17,118 nucleotides of DNA from Chlamydiae bacterium RIFCSPHIGHO2_12_FULL_49_11. Its GTDB lineage: Bacteria > Chlamydiota > Chlamydiia > Chlamydiales > 2-12-FULL-49-11. Both the position numbers and the translations under genes were made by a program. Shown here piece after piece: positions 1 through 8,667 of the stretch. The stretch covers positions 18,184-35,301 of the forward strand of contig MGLW01000020.1 in the NCBI GenBank assembly GCA_001794905.1, given 5' to 3'. The notes under the pieces are model-generated. The model saw only the letters and a list, made by a program, of their open reading frames with translations. It was not told the DNA's origin and ran no database searches. Each line of letters starts with the position of its first letter. The stretch's first letter is position 1.

Positions 1-1133
1 TTCCCCTCCTTTTCTCTCATATTTCCTACCTCGGAATTGAAGGTTCCATTTACCGCTCACTCGCATTTCTAATCGCCGCCTCCCCTTGCGCCCTTATCAT
101 CGCAACGCCAACGGCGTACCTGAGCGCCATCTCGTCAGCCGCGCGCAAAGGGGTTCTTCTCAAGGGAGGAACTGTACTCGATGCCCTTGCCGGTTGCAAT
201 GTCTGCGCTTTTGATAAAACAGGCACTCTCACCACCGGAAAACTCTTTCTCCGTTCGGTCGAAAACTTCACAGGCCAATTTTCCGACATGGAAGTGCTCG
301 AAATTGCCGCCAGCCTGGAAAAAGGAGCTCACCACCCGATTGCCGGCGCCATTTGCGCTGCAGCCTTGAGGCATAAACTAGGGCACCACGAACTCTCTTC
401 GCACCAAGTCATTCCGGGAAAAGGGGTTCAGGGTTCGCTCCAATTTAAGGACACAATGGTGAACGTCACCATAGGCAGCCTGCAGCTGGTCACCGAAGTT
501 GCCGAAGACGCAGAAGTAAAAAAAAGTCTCGCGGCTCTGAAAGATACGGGACACATTGTTGCTTTTGTTTTAATCAATAACGCCCTCACCCTCATCCGCT
601 TTGACGATGAGCTGCGGCCGGCAATCAGGGAAACCATCGACCGCCTCAAAAAACTGGGCGTCCGCCCGATCATGCTGACCGGTGATAACGAAGAGAGCGG
701 CCGGATCGTCGCCGCAGAGCTCCATATCGACGACTACCGCGCCGGACTGAAACCGGAAGATAAGCTCCGTATCATCAAAGAATTATCACACAAAGAGTCC
801 CTTGCCATGATCGGAGACGGCATCAATGACTCCCCCGCCCTTACTGCCGCCCATGTCGGAATTGCCATGGGACAAATCGGTTCCGATAGCGCGATCGAAG
901 CGAGCGATATCGTGCTCCTCAGAGATGAAATCACCATCATCGGCTGGCTCTTCAAGAAAGCGCGAAGCACCGCACGGATCGTCAAACAAAACCTTTCCCT
1001 TGCCCTCTTCGTCATTCTTTTTGCTACCACCTTTTCCATCGCGGGGATTATTCCTCTGTGGCTTGCGGTAATCCTGCACGAAGGGAGTACCGTTATCGTC
1101 GGTTTGAATTCATTAAGGCTTCTCCAAAAATAA
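1..1133 (+). CDS. Heavy-metal-translocating P1B-type ATPase (P1B-4 subclass), 5'-truncated by the window edge
   Basis: The frame is open from position 3, upstream of the ORF-track Met at 288. It reads ...FLIAASPCALII (SPC at 81-89), DKTGTLT phosphorylation motif (213-233), HP, PGKG, MLTGDN, MIGDGINDSPAL and last-TM HEGSTV. SPC plus HEG[ST] is the P1B-4 signature (CadA/ZntA-like in chlamydiae). Confidence 0.95.
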   Translation, partial: PLLFSHISYLGIEGSIYRSLAFLIAASPCALIIATPTAYLSAISSAARKGVLLKGGTVLDALAGCNVCAFDKTGTLTTGKLFLRSVENFTGQFSDMEVLEIAASLEKGAHHPIAGAICAAALRHKLGHHELSSHQVIPGKGVQGSLQFKDTMVNVTIGSLQLVTEVAEDAEVKKSLAALKDTGHIVAFVLINNALTLIRFDDELRPAIRETIDRLKKLGVRPIMLTGDNEESGRIVAAELHIDDYRAGLKPEDKLRIIKELSHKESLAMIGDGINDSPALTAAHVGIAMGQIGSDSAIEASDIVLLRDEITIIGWLFKKARSTARIVKQNLSLALFVILFATTFSIAGIIPLWLAVILHEGSTVIVGLNSLRLLQK

Positions 1134-1154
1134 CCCGATTCATATGTTAAAAGT

Positions 1155-4100
1155 ATGGCTCGGGATGACGAAGATGCAATTAAGTATGCTCTTAAGCAGG
1201 AAGGACTTCTTTTTGAAAAGTGTTACAGGTGGCTGGAGCGCCATATGCCGAAGACGTTCTTCGAGGAGTGCAGCTTTTCAAAGCGGATGACAATCGCCCA
1301 CAACCTGATGGGGCTTCACCTCCAGCGCAAATTTATTGAAATCCACTTCCGGAAATTTTCGATTGTCCTCTGCGAAGACTCGCTTCGCTCCGACATGCAA
1401 ATTCTTCAGCACTTCAACTTTGTCGGCATAAAAAGCTATCAAACTTTCATTTCCGACGAGCCGCCGCCGCTTCCGGGCATCGACGCCAATTTGCGCATCG
1501 CCATGATTCACTTTACCGAAGCCGAGATGGGAAAACCCAAGGAAAGCGGGAAAACGGTCGACATATTTGAGGAAATCCGGTCGCGAAACCCCGAGCTCAC
1601 AAGAGAAAGATTTGATTTTCTCCTCTCCTCTTTACCGGCCGAGCTTTTACACTCCCTCCCAACGGAAACGCTCTCTCTACTCTTCGACATGTTTTACCGC
1701 GCTACAACACGCGACTACATCCAATACGAATGCAAGATGAACAAAAATTGGAACGGGGCAAAGGAAAAACTTCCATCGATGCAAATTGTGCTCGCCTGGA
1801 AAAATACGCCGAAAGCGAATTTTTTGTACCGTCTTGCCAAAATGCTGTTTCGCCATGACGTCACGATGCAGAAAGTTTCGGCCGGTTATGTCAAACTACC
1901 CTCCTCCGAGTCGGTACTCCTCATGTCGCTTGAACTCCACGGGAAAAGCGATCGTGCGGTATGGGAAGTGACCAATGTACAAGACATGCTGCAAGAACTT
2001 GCCACCCTCAAATACTTTGAAGACGGCGACGTCATCGAAACGGTATTCGTGACTCCTAGCCTGATCCGCGGCAACCTTGCCAACTTTCTTCGTATGCTGC
2101 GCGACCTCTCCCACCAGTTCCTCCTCCACCACGATGCCAACGAATACAGCCTGATCCATATTGAAGAGGCGTTGTGCCGGCATCCCGAACTCTCGATCCG
2201 CCTCCTTGACGCTTTCGAGCAAAAGTTCCACCCCATACGACGCGATTTTTCCCTCTATGAAACAACCAAAACAGAAACGCTCCGACTTCTGGAAAAGCTC
2301 GACACCGGAAATGTGGTGATAGACACGCGGCGCAAAAATGTCCTCAAAACGTGCCTCTTCCTCATCGACAACACTCTCAAAACCAACTTTTACCGGAATA
2401 ACAAAAGTGCGCTCGCAGTGCGTCTTGCTCCTGATATTCTCCGTGCCCTTCCTTACAACACCGAAACAGTTTTTCCGGAAATTCCTTTTGCCATCTTCTT
2501 TTTCAAAGGCAAATCGTTCATCGGATTCCACGTGCGCTTCAGAGATCTTTCGCGAGGCGGGCTGCGCACCGTTCTTCCTTCCCGCATTGAACAGGCCCGG
2601 TGGGAGCGTTCCAACATTTTCCACGAATGTTATCAACTCGCCTTTACCCAGCAAAAGAAAAACAAAGACATTCCCGAGGGGGGAGCAAAGGGGATCATCT
2701 TCATCGAAGCGTTCGAAGAGATCGGCACCGAAACCGAAATTTACCGCCGCGAGCTTCAAAATTCCGAATTTTCGGAAGATGAGATCGAAGAGAAAACCAC
2801 CGCCTTTCACAAAGAACAGCGCCTCATTTACCTTTACCAAAGTCAGCGCTCCTATGTGTACTCCTTACTCACCCTCGTCAACTGTGACGATGCGGGAGTG
2901 CTCAAAGCGCGAGACATCGTCGACTATTACAAAAAACCCGAATATCTCTACTTAGGCCCCGATGAAAATATGCACAACGTGATGATCGAATGGATTGCCG
3001 ACCATGCCGAACGTACGGGATACAAACCTCTCAAAGCGTTCATCTCTAGCAAACCGACTTACGGAATCAATCATAAAGAATACGGCGTCACTTCGCTGAC
3101 CGTAAACACCTACATGCATGAAGTACTCCTTTTTTTGGGGATCGACCCATATAAAGCCCCCTTTACCGTCAAAATTTCGGGAGGCCCTGACGGAGATGTC
3201 GCAGGAAACCAGATTTACAACCTCTATAAACACTATCCTCATACAGCCAAACTGATTGCCGTCACCGACATTTCGGGAACCGTCTTTGATCCCGGCGGCC
3301 TCGACCTGAAAGAAATGGTTTCCCTTTTCAAAACGGGAAAACCTCTTTCCCATTATCCTACACGAAAACTTTCCGACGGAGGTTTTCTCCTTGACCTCGA
3401 GAAGAAGAAAGAAGAGGTCCCGTATACCCAATTGACGCTATGCACACGGAAGGAAAAGGGTCTACTTCACGAAGAATGGCTGAGCGGCAGTGATACCCAT
3501 TACCTTTTCAGCCACAATCTACACCAAACCGCGACCGACATTTTCATCCCGGCAGGGGGGCGTCCGCGCACCCTCAATCTGGGCAACTGGAAAGATTTTC
3601 TTGACGCAAGCGGAGAGCCCACCTCGAAAGCGATCATTGAGGGAGCCAATCTCTATCTCACTCCCGAAGCACGCCGCGCCCTGGAAACCAAGGGAGTTCT
3701 CATCATCAAAGACAGCTCCGCAAACAAGGGAGGGGTCATTTGCTCTTCCCTGGAGGTTCTGTCCGGCCTCATCCTCACCGATGCGGAATTTCTCAAATAC
3801 AAAACCACTTTCATGCCCGAAATTCTCGATTTCATCCGCATTAAAGCCGAAGACGAAGCCCGGCTTTTACTGCACACGTACCTCGCGACAAAAAAGCCCC
3901 TCACCCAAATTTCGGACGAGCTATCGGAAAAGATCAACGACCTCATGTACAGGATTCTCTCCGGCCTCGAACCGGTCACCCTCTCCTCCGATCCGAACGA
4001 TCCTCTCAACAGATGCCTTTTCCTCTACAACCTTCCCTTCTTCCGCACACATTTTGAAGGACGCATCCTCACCCACATCCCCGACATTCACAAAAAAGCC

Positions 4101-4217
4101 ATGATCAGCAGCTACATCGCCGCGAACCTCATCTACAAACGCGGCCTCGACTGGACCCCCTCCATTCTCGACATCTTGCCCCACATCATCTCCGACCTGA
4201 CAACAAAGTTATTGTAA
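1155..4217 (+). CDS. Large (1020 aa) NAD-specific glutamate dehydrogenase, GDH2/~115 kDa type
   Basis: Motifs GFHVRFRDLSRGGLR, QQKKNKDIPEGGAKG (catalytic Lys region), LGPDENM, GINHKEYGVTS, GGPDGDVAGN (dinucleotide binding), IIEGANLYLTPEAR and DSSANKGGVICSSLEVL, with a long N-terminal extension. Confidence 0.92.
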   Translation: MARDDEDAIKYALKQEGLLFEKCYRWLERHMPKTFFEECSFSKRMTIAHNLMGLHLQRKFIEIHFRKFSIVLCEDSLRSDMQILQHFNFVGIKSYQTFISDEPPPLPGIDANLRIAMIHFTEAEMGKPKESGKTVDIFEEIRSRNPELTRERFDFLLSSLPAELLHSLPTETLSLLFDMFYRATTRDYIQYECKMNKNWNGAKEKLPSMQIVLAWKNTPKANFLYRLAKMLFRHDVTMQKVSAGYVKLPSSESVLLMSLELHGKSDRAVWEVTNVQDMLQELATLKYFEDGDVIETVFVTPSLIRGNLANFLRMLRDLSHQFLLHHDANEYSLIHIEEALCRHPELSIRLLDAFEQKFHPIRRDFSLYETTKTETLRLLEKLDTGNVVIDTRRKNVLKTCLFLIDNTLKTNFYRNNKSALAVRLAPDILRALPYNTETVFPEIPFAIFFFKGKSFIGFHVRFRDLSRGGLRTVLPSRIEQARWERSNIFHECYQLAFTQQKKNKDIPEGGAKGIIFIEAFEEIGTETEIYRRELQNSEFSEDEIEEKTTAFHKEQRLIYLYQSQRSYVYSLLTLVNCDDAGVLKARDIVDYYKKPEYLYLGPDENMHNVMIEWIADHAERTGYKPLKAFISSKPTYGINHKEYGVTSLTVNTYMHEVLLFLGIDPYKAPFTVKISGGPDGDVAGNQIYNLYKHYPHTAKLIAVTDISGTVFDPGGLDLKEMVSLFKTGKPLSHYPTRKLSDGGFLLDLEKKKEEVPYTQLTLCTRKEKGLLHEEWLSGSDTHYLFSHNLHQTATDIFIPAGGRPRTLNLGNWKDFLDASGEPTSKAIIEGANLYLTPEARRALETKGVLIIKDSSANKGGVICSSLEVLSGLILTDAEFLKYKTTFMPEILDFIRIKAEDEARLLLHTYLATKKPLTQISDELSEKINDLMYRILSGLEPVTLSSDPNDPLNRCLFLYNLPFFRTHFEGRILTHIPDIHKKAMISSYIAANLIYKRGLDWTPSILDILPHIISDLTTKLL

Positions 4218-4244
4218 AAATATATACAAGAAATATGTATTTTT

Positions 4245-4253
4245 TGGTACACT
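4245..4253 (+). promoter_or_regulatory. Possible extended -10 promoter (TGgTACACT) for the orphan gene pair
   Basis: TG-n-TACACT lies in an AT-rich stretch ~30 nt upstream of the GTG at 4283. No convincing -35. Confidence 0.35.
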
Positions 4254-4282
4254 TTCTTACCAAGTCCAAAAAGGGTGTTCTT

Positions 4283-5863
4283 GTGGCACTTGCGGTCATT
4301 TCCAGAGGTTTGACGGTCATTTACGGTTTCTTTCGCATCGTTAAAACCGGGGAGAGATTATATACGTACGCGTCCGATGTGAAAAAACGTTATGATGAAA
4401 ATCGGCTCAGTACAACAGACGAAAAAGTAACCGTTGCATTCAACGGATTTGCAGTACTTGCCGACCTAGTTGCGACCGGTGCCGCCTTAAAAGGCGATGA
4501 ATTTATAATGGCAAGCGCTTTGCTTACACGTTCTGCTGCCGAATCCGCTGAATTGGCACACGATGCAAAAGTAAAAGATACGCCTCTTTCCTTGAAACTC
4601 CTAGTCGAGATATGTCAACCACTCTATTTTAGTTACATCGATAACACATGTTCCTCATCCGACGTTTCACTCAGGCATCTTGGTTTTTTGTTGCAAGGGG
4701 TCTATCAGAACACTCCGGAAAGCGCAAGTTACTGGATCAAATTAGGTTGCAACCAAATACTGCAAACGAAACTTGTGCAATTTTGCACGCGACTAATAGA
4801 ACAGATCCCTCCTGAAGCGCTCCGGTACCTGGCTAACCTGCAGCGTGATCTTGTTATGAAATCTTCTGCTCTTAGAAAGAAACTGCATGAACAACCCGAA
4901 TTATTGGTTGTCTTGCTTCCCATTTTGATTGGGTTTGCGGTAGTTGTACATCGATCGAAGATCCCGATGAATCGGCTATTTACGATTGCAGGAAGTGCCA
5001 TGATAGTGCCGGAAATATTAATAGCAATAACGGCTACATTAACCTCTTCATCCGGTACAGTTCTCGCTCAAACCAATTTTACAAGACAAGAAGCAGATAG
5101 TATCTCGAGAACGTTCAGAAACCTTTTAGAGACCCGCATACAAAACCCAAATGTTCTGATTGATACGTACGGAAACGCGGTTCAATTGCTCAACAGAATC
5201 CGGTTACCCGGAACCGATGCACAAGTATTAGAGTGTAGTGCCATTCAAGGCCGATTGCTGCCTTTCACCCCTGAAGCGGAGAATTGGCAATATCTTATTG
5301 ATGTCTTGTACGCAAGCATGGATATAGACGACCGTATACTCAATGTTGCGAGTGACATCCACGAAATCATTAAATTATTCAGAAAATTCGGGGATAGCTA
5401 TTTGGAATTTGTGTCCCAATTTTCATCAGCAGGAAATTTGTTTCTACGCGACCCTCAGGCAATGGATGCTTTATCCGGATTTCGAACTGTTTTTCAGGGT
5501 TTTTCCTCCACCTGCATCGCCAAATTGCGTAATTTAGCAAAGCGAAAAATAGTTGCAGCTTTGTCTGATCTAACGCATTTTGACAACCCTTTATCCGATG
5601 AAATACTTCGACACCATCTGAAATTACATGACGATGTGAAAGATCTGGAACGGTCTTTCGAAATCCAAATACCCGAATGTGAAATAATTCAGTTACTATA
5701 CACTTACCACATACAAAAAAATCAACGGAAAGAAGGGGATGATCGCAGCCCCCTTCGTGAGATTTTGCAGCACATTATACTGCAGCTTGACCATTATGGC
5801 ATCAACGAATTCCGCCCTGCAGTGCAGGAGAATCTCATTCTTTGCCACAAACACATTGACTAA
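4283..5863 (+). CDS. Hypothetical protein, putative secreted/inclusion-membrane effector (~526 aa; ORF track starts at ATG 4235)
   Basis: Long ORF. The GTG at 4283 is preceded by an AAGGG RBS-like sequence and aligns with the start of the downstream paralog. Central pair of hydrophobic segments (LLVVLLPILIGFAVVV...LFTIAGSAMIVPEILIAITATLT); the remainder looks helical. No recognisable catalytic domain. Confidence 0.8.
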   Translation: MALAVISRGLTVIYGFFRIVKTGERLYTYASDVKKRYDENRLSTTDEKVTVAFNGFAVLADLVATGAALKGDEFIMASALLTRSAAESAELAHDAKVKDTPLSLKLLVEICQPLYFSYIDNTCSSSDVSLRHLGFLLQGVYQNTPESASYWIKLGCNQILQTKLVQFCTRLIEQIPPEALRYLANLQRDLVMKSSALRKKLHEQPELLVVLLPILIGFAVVVHRSKIPMNRLFTIAGSAMIVPEILIAITATLTSSSGTVLAQTNFTRQEADSISRTFRNLLETRIQNPNVLIDTYGNAVQLLNRIRLPGTDAQVLECSAIQGRLLPFTPEAENWQYLIDVLYASMDIDDRILNVASDIHEIIKLFRKFGDSYLEFVSQFSSAGNLFLRDPQAMDALSGFRTVFQGFSSTCIAKLRNLAKRKIVAALSDLTHFDNPLSDEILRHHLKLHDDVKDLERSFEIQIPECEIIQLLYTYHIQKNQRKEGDDRSPLREILQHIILQLDHYGINEFRPAVQENLILCHKHID

Positions 5864-5877
5864 ACCAAGGAGGTCTT

Positions 5878-6810
5878 ATGTCAGTAATAGCTAAAGCATT
5901 AGAATACGGGGCACGATTGTGCAATACGTTACGTGTAATGGAAGAAGCAGCCGGGTTAGTAAATGACATCACAACCACTCCCGCAGCGGGGTATGAAACA
6001 GATCACAAAGTGGATATTGCCTTGAAAGTCTTAACATTAGGGTGTGCGCTGAATGGGCAGAATCCTGCTTGCCGAAAAACGGAATTTGTAGCAAGACTGA
6101 CACAATTGTTGTCTAGCGATCTATCATGGCGGATACCGACAATACTTCAAGAACCCGCTTCGGATGAAGAAAGAGCAGCAAAACTGGCGCGTATTTCTGT
6201 CACTCACCTTATTGCGACGGTTCGTACCGCCTGCCGTATGAGAGGCCCGGGATCAACAGGTGAAGCAATTGGCAACTGTTTGACACCGATTGAAGATACC
6301 CTTCGGAGCCCTGACTTGATGAAACTGCTGCGTCAAGGGATAAGAACCCGATCTGTTCAAGTCGCGGCGAGGGCGGCCGGACCCGCTTTTCAACCACGAG
6401 GGGCCGGCATTGCAAATGCCGACTATGACGGGATAGATCTTGCAAACTCAAACACCATTCCGGAAGAGTTATATCTTGATCCCTTCTTTGCGGAACATGA
6501 ATGTCCCATATCTTCCACCCCCATACGGTTTCCCGTTCGCATTCGTAATGATGCATATGAGCCTTATGAACGCGCCAAATTAGAGGAATGGTTTCGGACT
6601 TGTGAAAATACGAACGCTCCTCTTACTTCACCGATGACGAGACGTGTGGTCAGACGTGAGGATGTGTACGAAGATACCGACCTGCGACGTCAGATTGAAG
6701 ATCGGCTTCGTCTATATGAGAGCCGAGTAAGACGGCATCTATCAGAGGAAGCGGGAGCGACAGATCTCACAAGACAGGAAAGAGGTTCTCATAGACAATC
6801 GGCAGAGTAA
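5878..6810 (+). CDS. U-box domain protein, putative E3 ubiquitin ligase effector (310 aa)
   Basis: Strong RBS AAGGAGG. Residues ~194-278 (IPEEL...CPISSTPIRFPV...YERAKLEEWF...TSPMTR...DV...LRRQIEDRL) match the U-box pattern CPIS/T-P-YER-I/L-W-S/CP-T, including the I/W/P E2-binding triad. Confidence 0.85.
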   Translation: MSVIAKALEYGARLCNTLRVMEEAAGLVNDITTTPAAGYETDHKVDIALKVLTLGCALNGQNPACRKTEFVARLTQLLSSDLSWRIPTILQEPASDEERAAKLARISVTHLIATVRTACRMRGPGSTGEAIGNCLTPIEDTLRSPDLMKLLRQGIRTRSVQVAARAAGPAFQPRGAGIANADYDGIDLANSNTIPEELYLDPFFAEHECPISSTPIRFPVRIRNDAYEPYERAKLEEWFRTCENTNAPLTSPMTRRVVRREDVYEDTDLRRQIEDRLRLYESRVRRHLSEEAGATDLTRQERGSHRQSAE

Positions 6811-6878
6811 CCCGGCTATTGACCGTTTGGGTTTCTGCATTGATATCATATTTATATTAAGTAATTTGCGTCATTAGA

Positions 6879-6905
6879 TAAGCAGTCAAATAACTTGACT
6901 GCTAA
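6879..6905 (+). promoter_or_regulatory. CIRCE operator (HrcA binding site), variant
   Basis: TAAGCAGTC-aaataactt-GACTGCTAA versus consensus TTAGCACTC-N9-GAGTGCTAA. Exact 9-nt spacer, directly upstream of hrcA-grpE-dnaK. Confidence 0.88.
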
Positions 6906-6911
6906 ATTTTC

Positions 6912-6940
6912 TTGCCTTCTTTTTCCCCTTTTTGTAGAAT
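6912..6940 (+). promoter_or_regulatory. Sigma66/sigma70-type promoter of the hrcA operon
   Basis: TTGCCT (6912-6917), 17 nt, TAGAAT (6935-6940). It starts 6 nt after CIRCE, and an AAAGGA RBS precedes the ATG at 6962. Confidence 0.75.
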
Positions 6941-6961
6941 AGTGGTTGCGAAAGGAAATCT

Positions 6962-8083
6962 ATGCAAAAATCGTCGAAGGAACAGAAAGAGCTGGAAGTT
7001 CTTATGGGTCTTGTTTCCCTATATCTCAAGGACGGCAGGCCGGTAGGCTCCAATACCTTGAAAGAGCAGGGATTTTCCCATATCAGTTCGGCCACAATCC
7101 GGAATTACTTCGCGTTGCTAGAAAAAAAGGGACTTTTGAAACAACACCATATTTCGGGAGGGCGGGTTCCCACCCATGCCGCTTTCAGGATGTTTGCAGA
7201 AAAATCTCTCCGCCACCACACCCTTCTCAAAGCCGATCGCCTCCTTCTCGAATCGGTCTTGCTCAGTGATACGAAACAGTTTTCCAAATACTTCCAAAAG
7301 AGCATCGAAGTTCTCAGTGAAATGACCGGGTGTGCCGTCCTTCTCGCATCTCCCCGCTTCGATCAGGACTTCGTGTCCAAAATCCGTATCCTCAGTCTCG
7401 ACGAAAAAAGGGCGCTCTGCGTCATCATTTCGGAATTCGGCCTGATCAATACCGAAGTTCTATACTTGCATCGCAAACTCAGCTCGTTTTCCTTAAAGCG
7501 GATTGAAGACTATTTTGCCTACAGGCTTTCCGGAGAGAATAAACCCGAAATGTCCCCCGATGAGGAAGAGTTTGCCAAATATGCCTACAATGAAATCATC
7601 TTGCGCCACTTCATCTCTTTCACCCACTTCGAATACGAAGATGTGTACAGGACCGGCTTCTCCAAGCTTCTGACCCACCCTGAATTTCACGACCCGAGCA
7701 TCTTGGCAAACACCCTTGGCCTGTTTGAAAATATCCGCCATGTGCGCCAATTTGCCAAGGCAACACTGGAAGAGGGCAGGATTGCTTATTGGATCGGCGA
7801 CGACTTAGCACCTTTCATTCTGCCGCCGCATGTGGCCGGTGTTGTCGGGCTTGCCTATTCCATCCAGGGAAAACCGGCCGGCGTCATCCTCCTTCTCGGC
7901 CCCGATAGGCTCGATTACCCGGGAGTTTTTGCCAAATTGCACACTTTCGCCGAATTTATGGGACAAAAATTATCCCTCACGGTGGAAAAATACAAGCTCT
8001 CGTATCGGGAATTTCGTCCCCAAACCCTGGACCAACATAAAACTACTGCGGAAATAACTTATAAAACAAGAAGAGACTCATAA
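6962..8083 (+). CDS. hrcA: Heat-inducible transcription repressor HrcA
   Basis: wHTH PVGS...SSATIRNYFALLEKKGLLKQHHISGGRVPT, C-terminal LLGPDRLDY, and a chlamydial-type C-terminal tail (KYKLSYR...). The stop overlaps the grpE start (TAATG). Confidence 0.97.
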   Translation: MQKSSKEQKELEVLMGLVSLYLKDGRPVGSNTLKEQGFSHISSATIRNYFALLEKKGLLKQHHISGGRVPTHAAFRMFAEKSLRHHTLLKADRLLLESVLLSDTKQFSKYFQKSIEVLSEMTGCAVLLASPRFDQDFVSKIRILSLDEKRALCVIISEFGLINTEVLYLHRKLSSFSLKRIEDYFAYRLSGENKPEMSPDEEEFAKYAYNEIILRHFISFTHFEYEDVYRTGFSKLLTHPEFHDPSILANTLGLFENIRHVRQFAKATLEEGRIAYWIGDDLAPFILPPHVAGVVGLAYSIQGKPAGVILLLGPDRLDYPGVFAKLHTFAEFMGQKLSLTVEKYKLSYREFRPQTLDQHKTTAEITYKTRRDS

Positions 8084-8667
8084 TGGATAATGAAAAAATT
8101 TCTCAGGAACCGGAGAAAGAAGAAACAACCCTTGAACAGGACAAAGAGGAATCTTCCTACGCGGCGCTCCTCAAGGAAAAAGTGGAACATCTATCGGAAG
8201 AGCTAAATTCGGCGCGTGCCAAGTACATGTCAACCCTTGCCGAAATGGAAAATATGCGCAAGCGGCTGATTCAGGAAAAAAAGGAAATGATTTCGTTTGC
8301 GATCGAAAACATGCTCCGCGAATTTTTGCTCCCCCTCGATAATTTTTTGAGCGCCCTCAAATACACCGACAATATGTCGGATGAAATCAAAAACTGGGCT
8401 GTCGGCTTCAAAATGATCGCCGACCAGTTCAATGAAGTATTAGAAAATCATGGGATTTTTGCTTTTGCATCGGAAGGAAAACCCTTTGACCCTCACTTTC
8501 ACGAGGCGATTGAAGCCGAAGAAACTGACTCATGCCGGCCCGGCATTGTTCTCCAAGAGATCATGCGCGGTTACAAGCATGGGGAGCGGATCATTCGCCC
8601 CGCGAAAGTGAAAGTCTCGAAGGCAAAAATAATCCCCGCCGAAGATAAGGAGAAACATCATGGCTGA
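8083..8667 (+). CDS. grpE: Nucleotide exchange factor GrpE
   Basis: [40 protein letters not shown]; lies between hrcA and dnaK. Confidence 0.97.
   Translation: MDNEKISQEPEKEETTLEQDKEESSYAALLKEKVEHLSEELNSARAKYMSTLAEMENMRKRLIQEKKEMISFAIENMLREFLLPLDNFLSALKYTDNMSDEIKNWAVGFKMIADQFNEVLENHGIFAFASEGKPFDPHFHEAIEAEETDSCRPGIVLQEIMRGYKHGERIIRPAKVKVSKAKIIPAEDKEKHHG

Noticed and set aside
1896-4104. Long alternative-frame ORFs inside gdh (314, 205, 204 and 159 aa)
   Set aside because: They lie fully within a well-supported CDS, have no recognisable domains, and are explained by codon bias suppressing stops in other frames.
3950-4200. Strong C-over-G excess at the gdh 3' end, mirrored by G excess over the rseP 3' end
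   Set aside because: It follows coding direction (preference for C-ending codons), so it reflects codon usage rather than a repeat or replication-origin signal.
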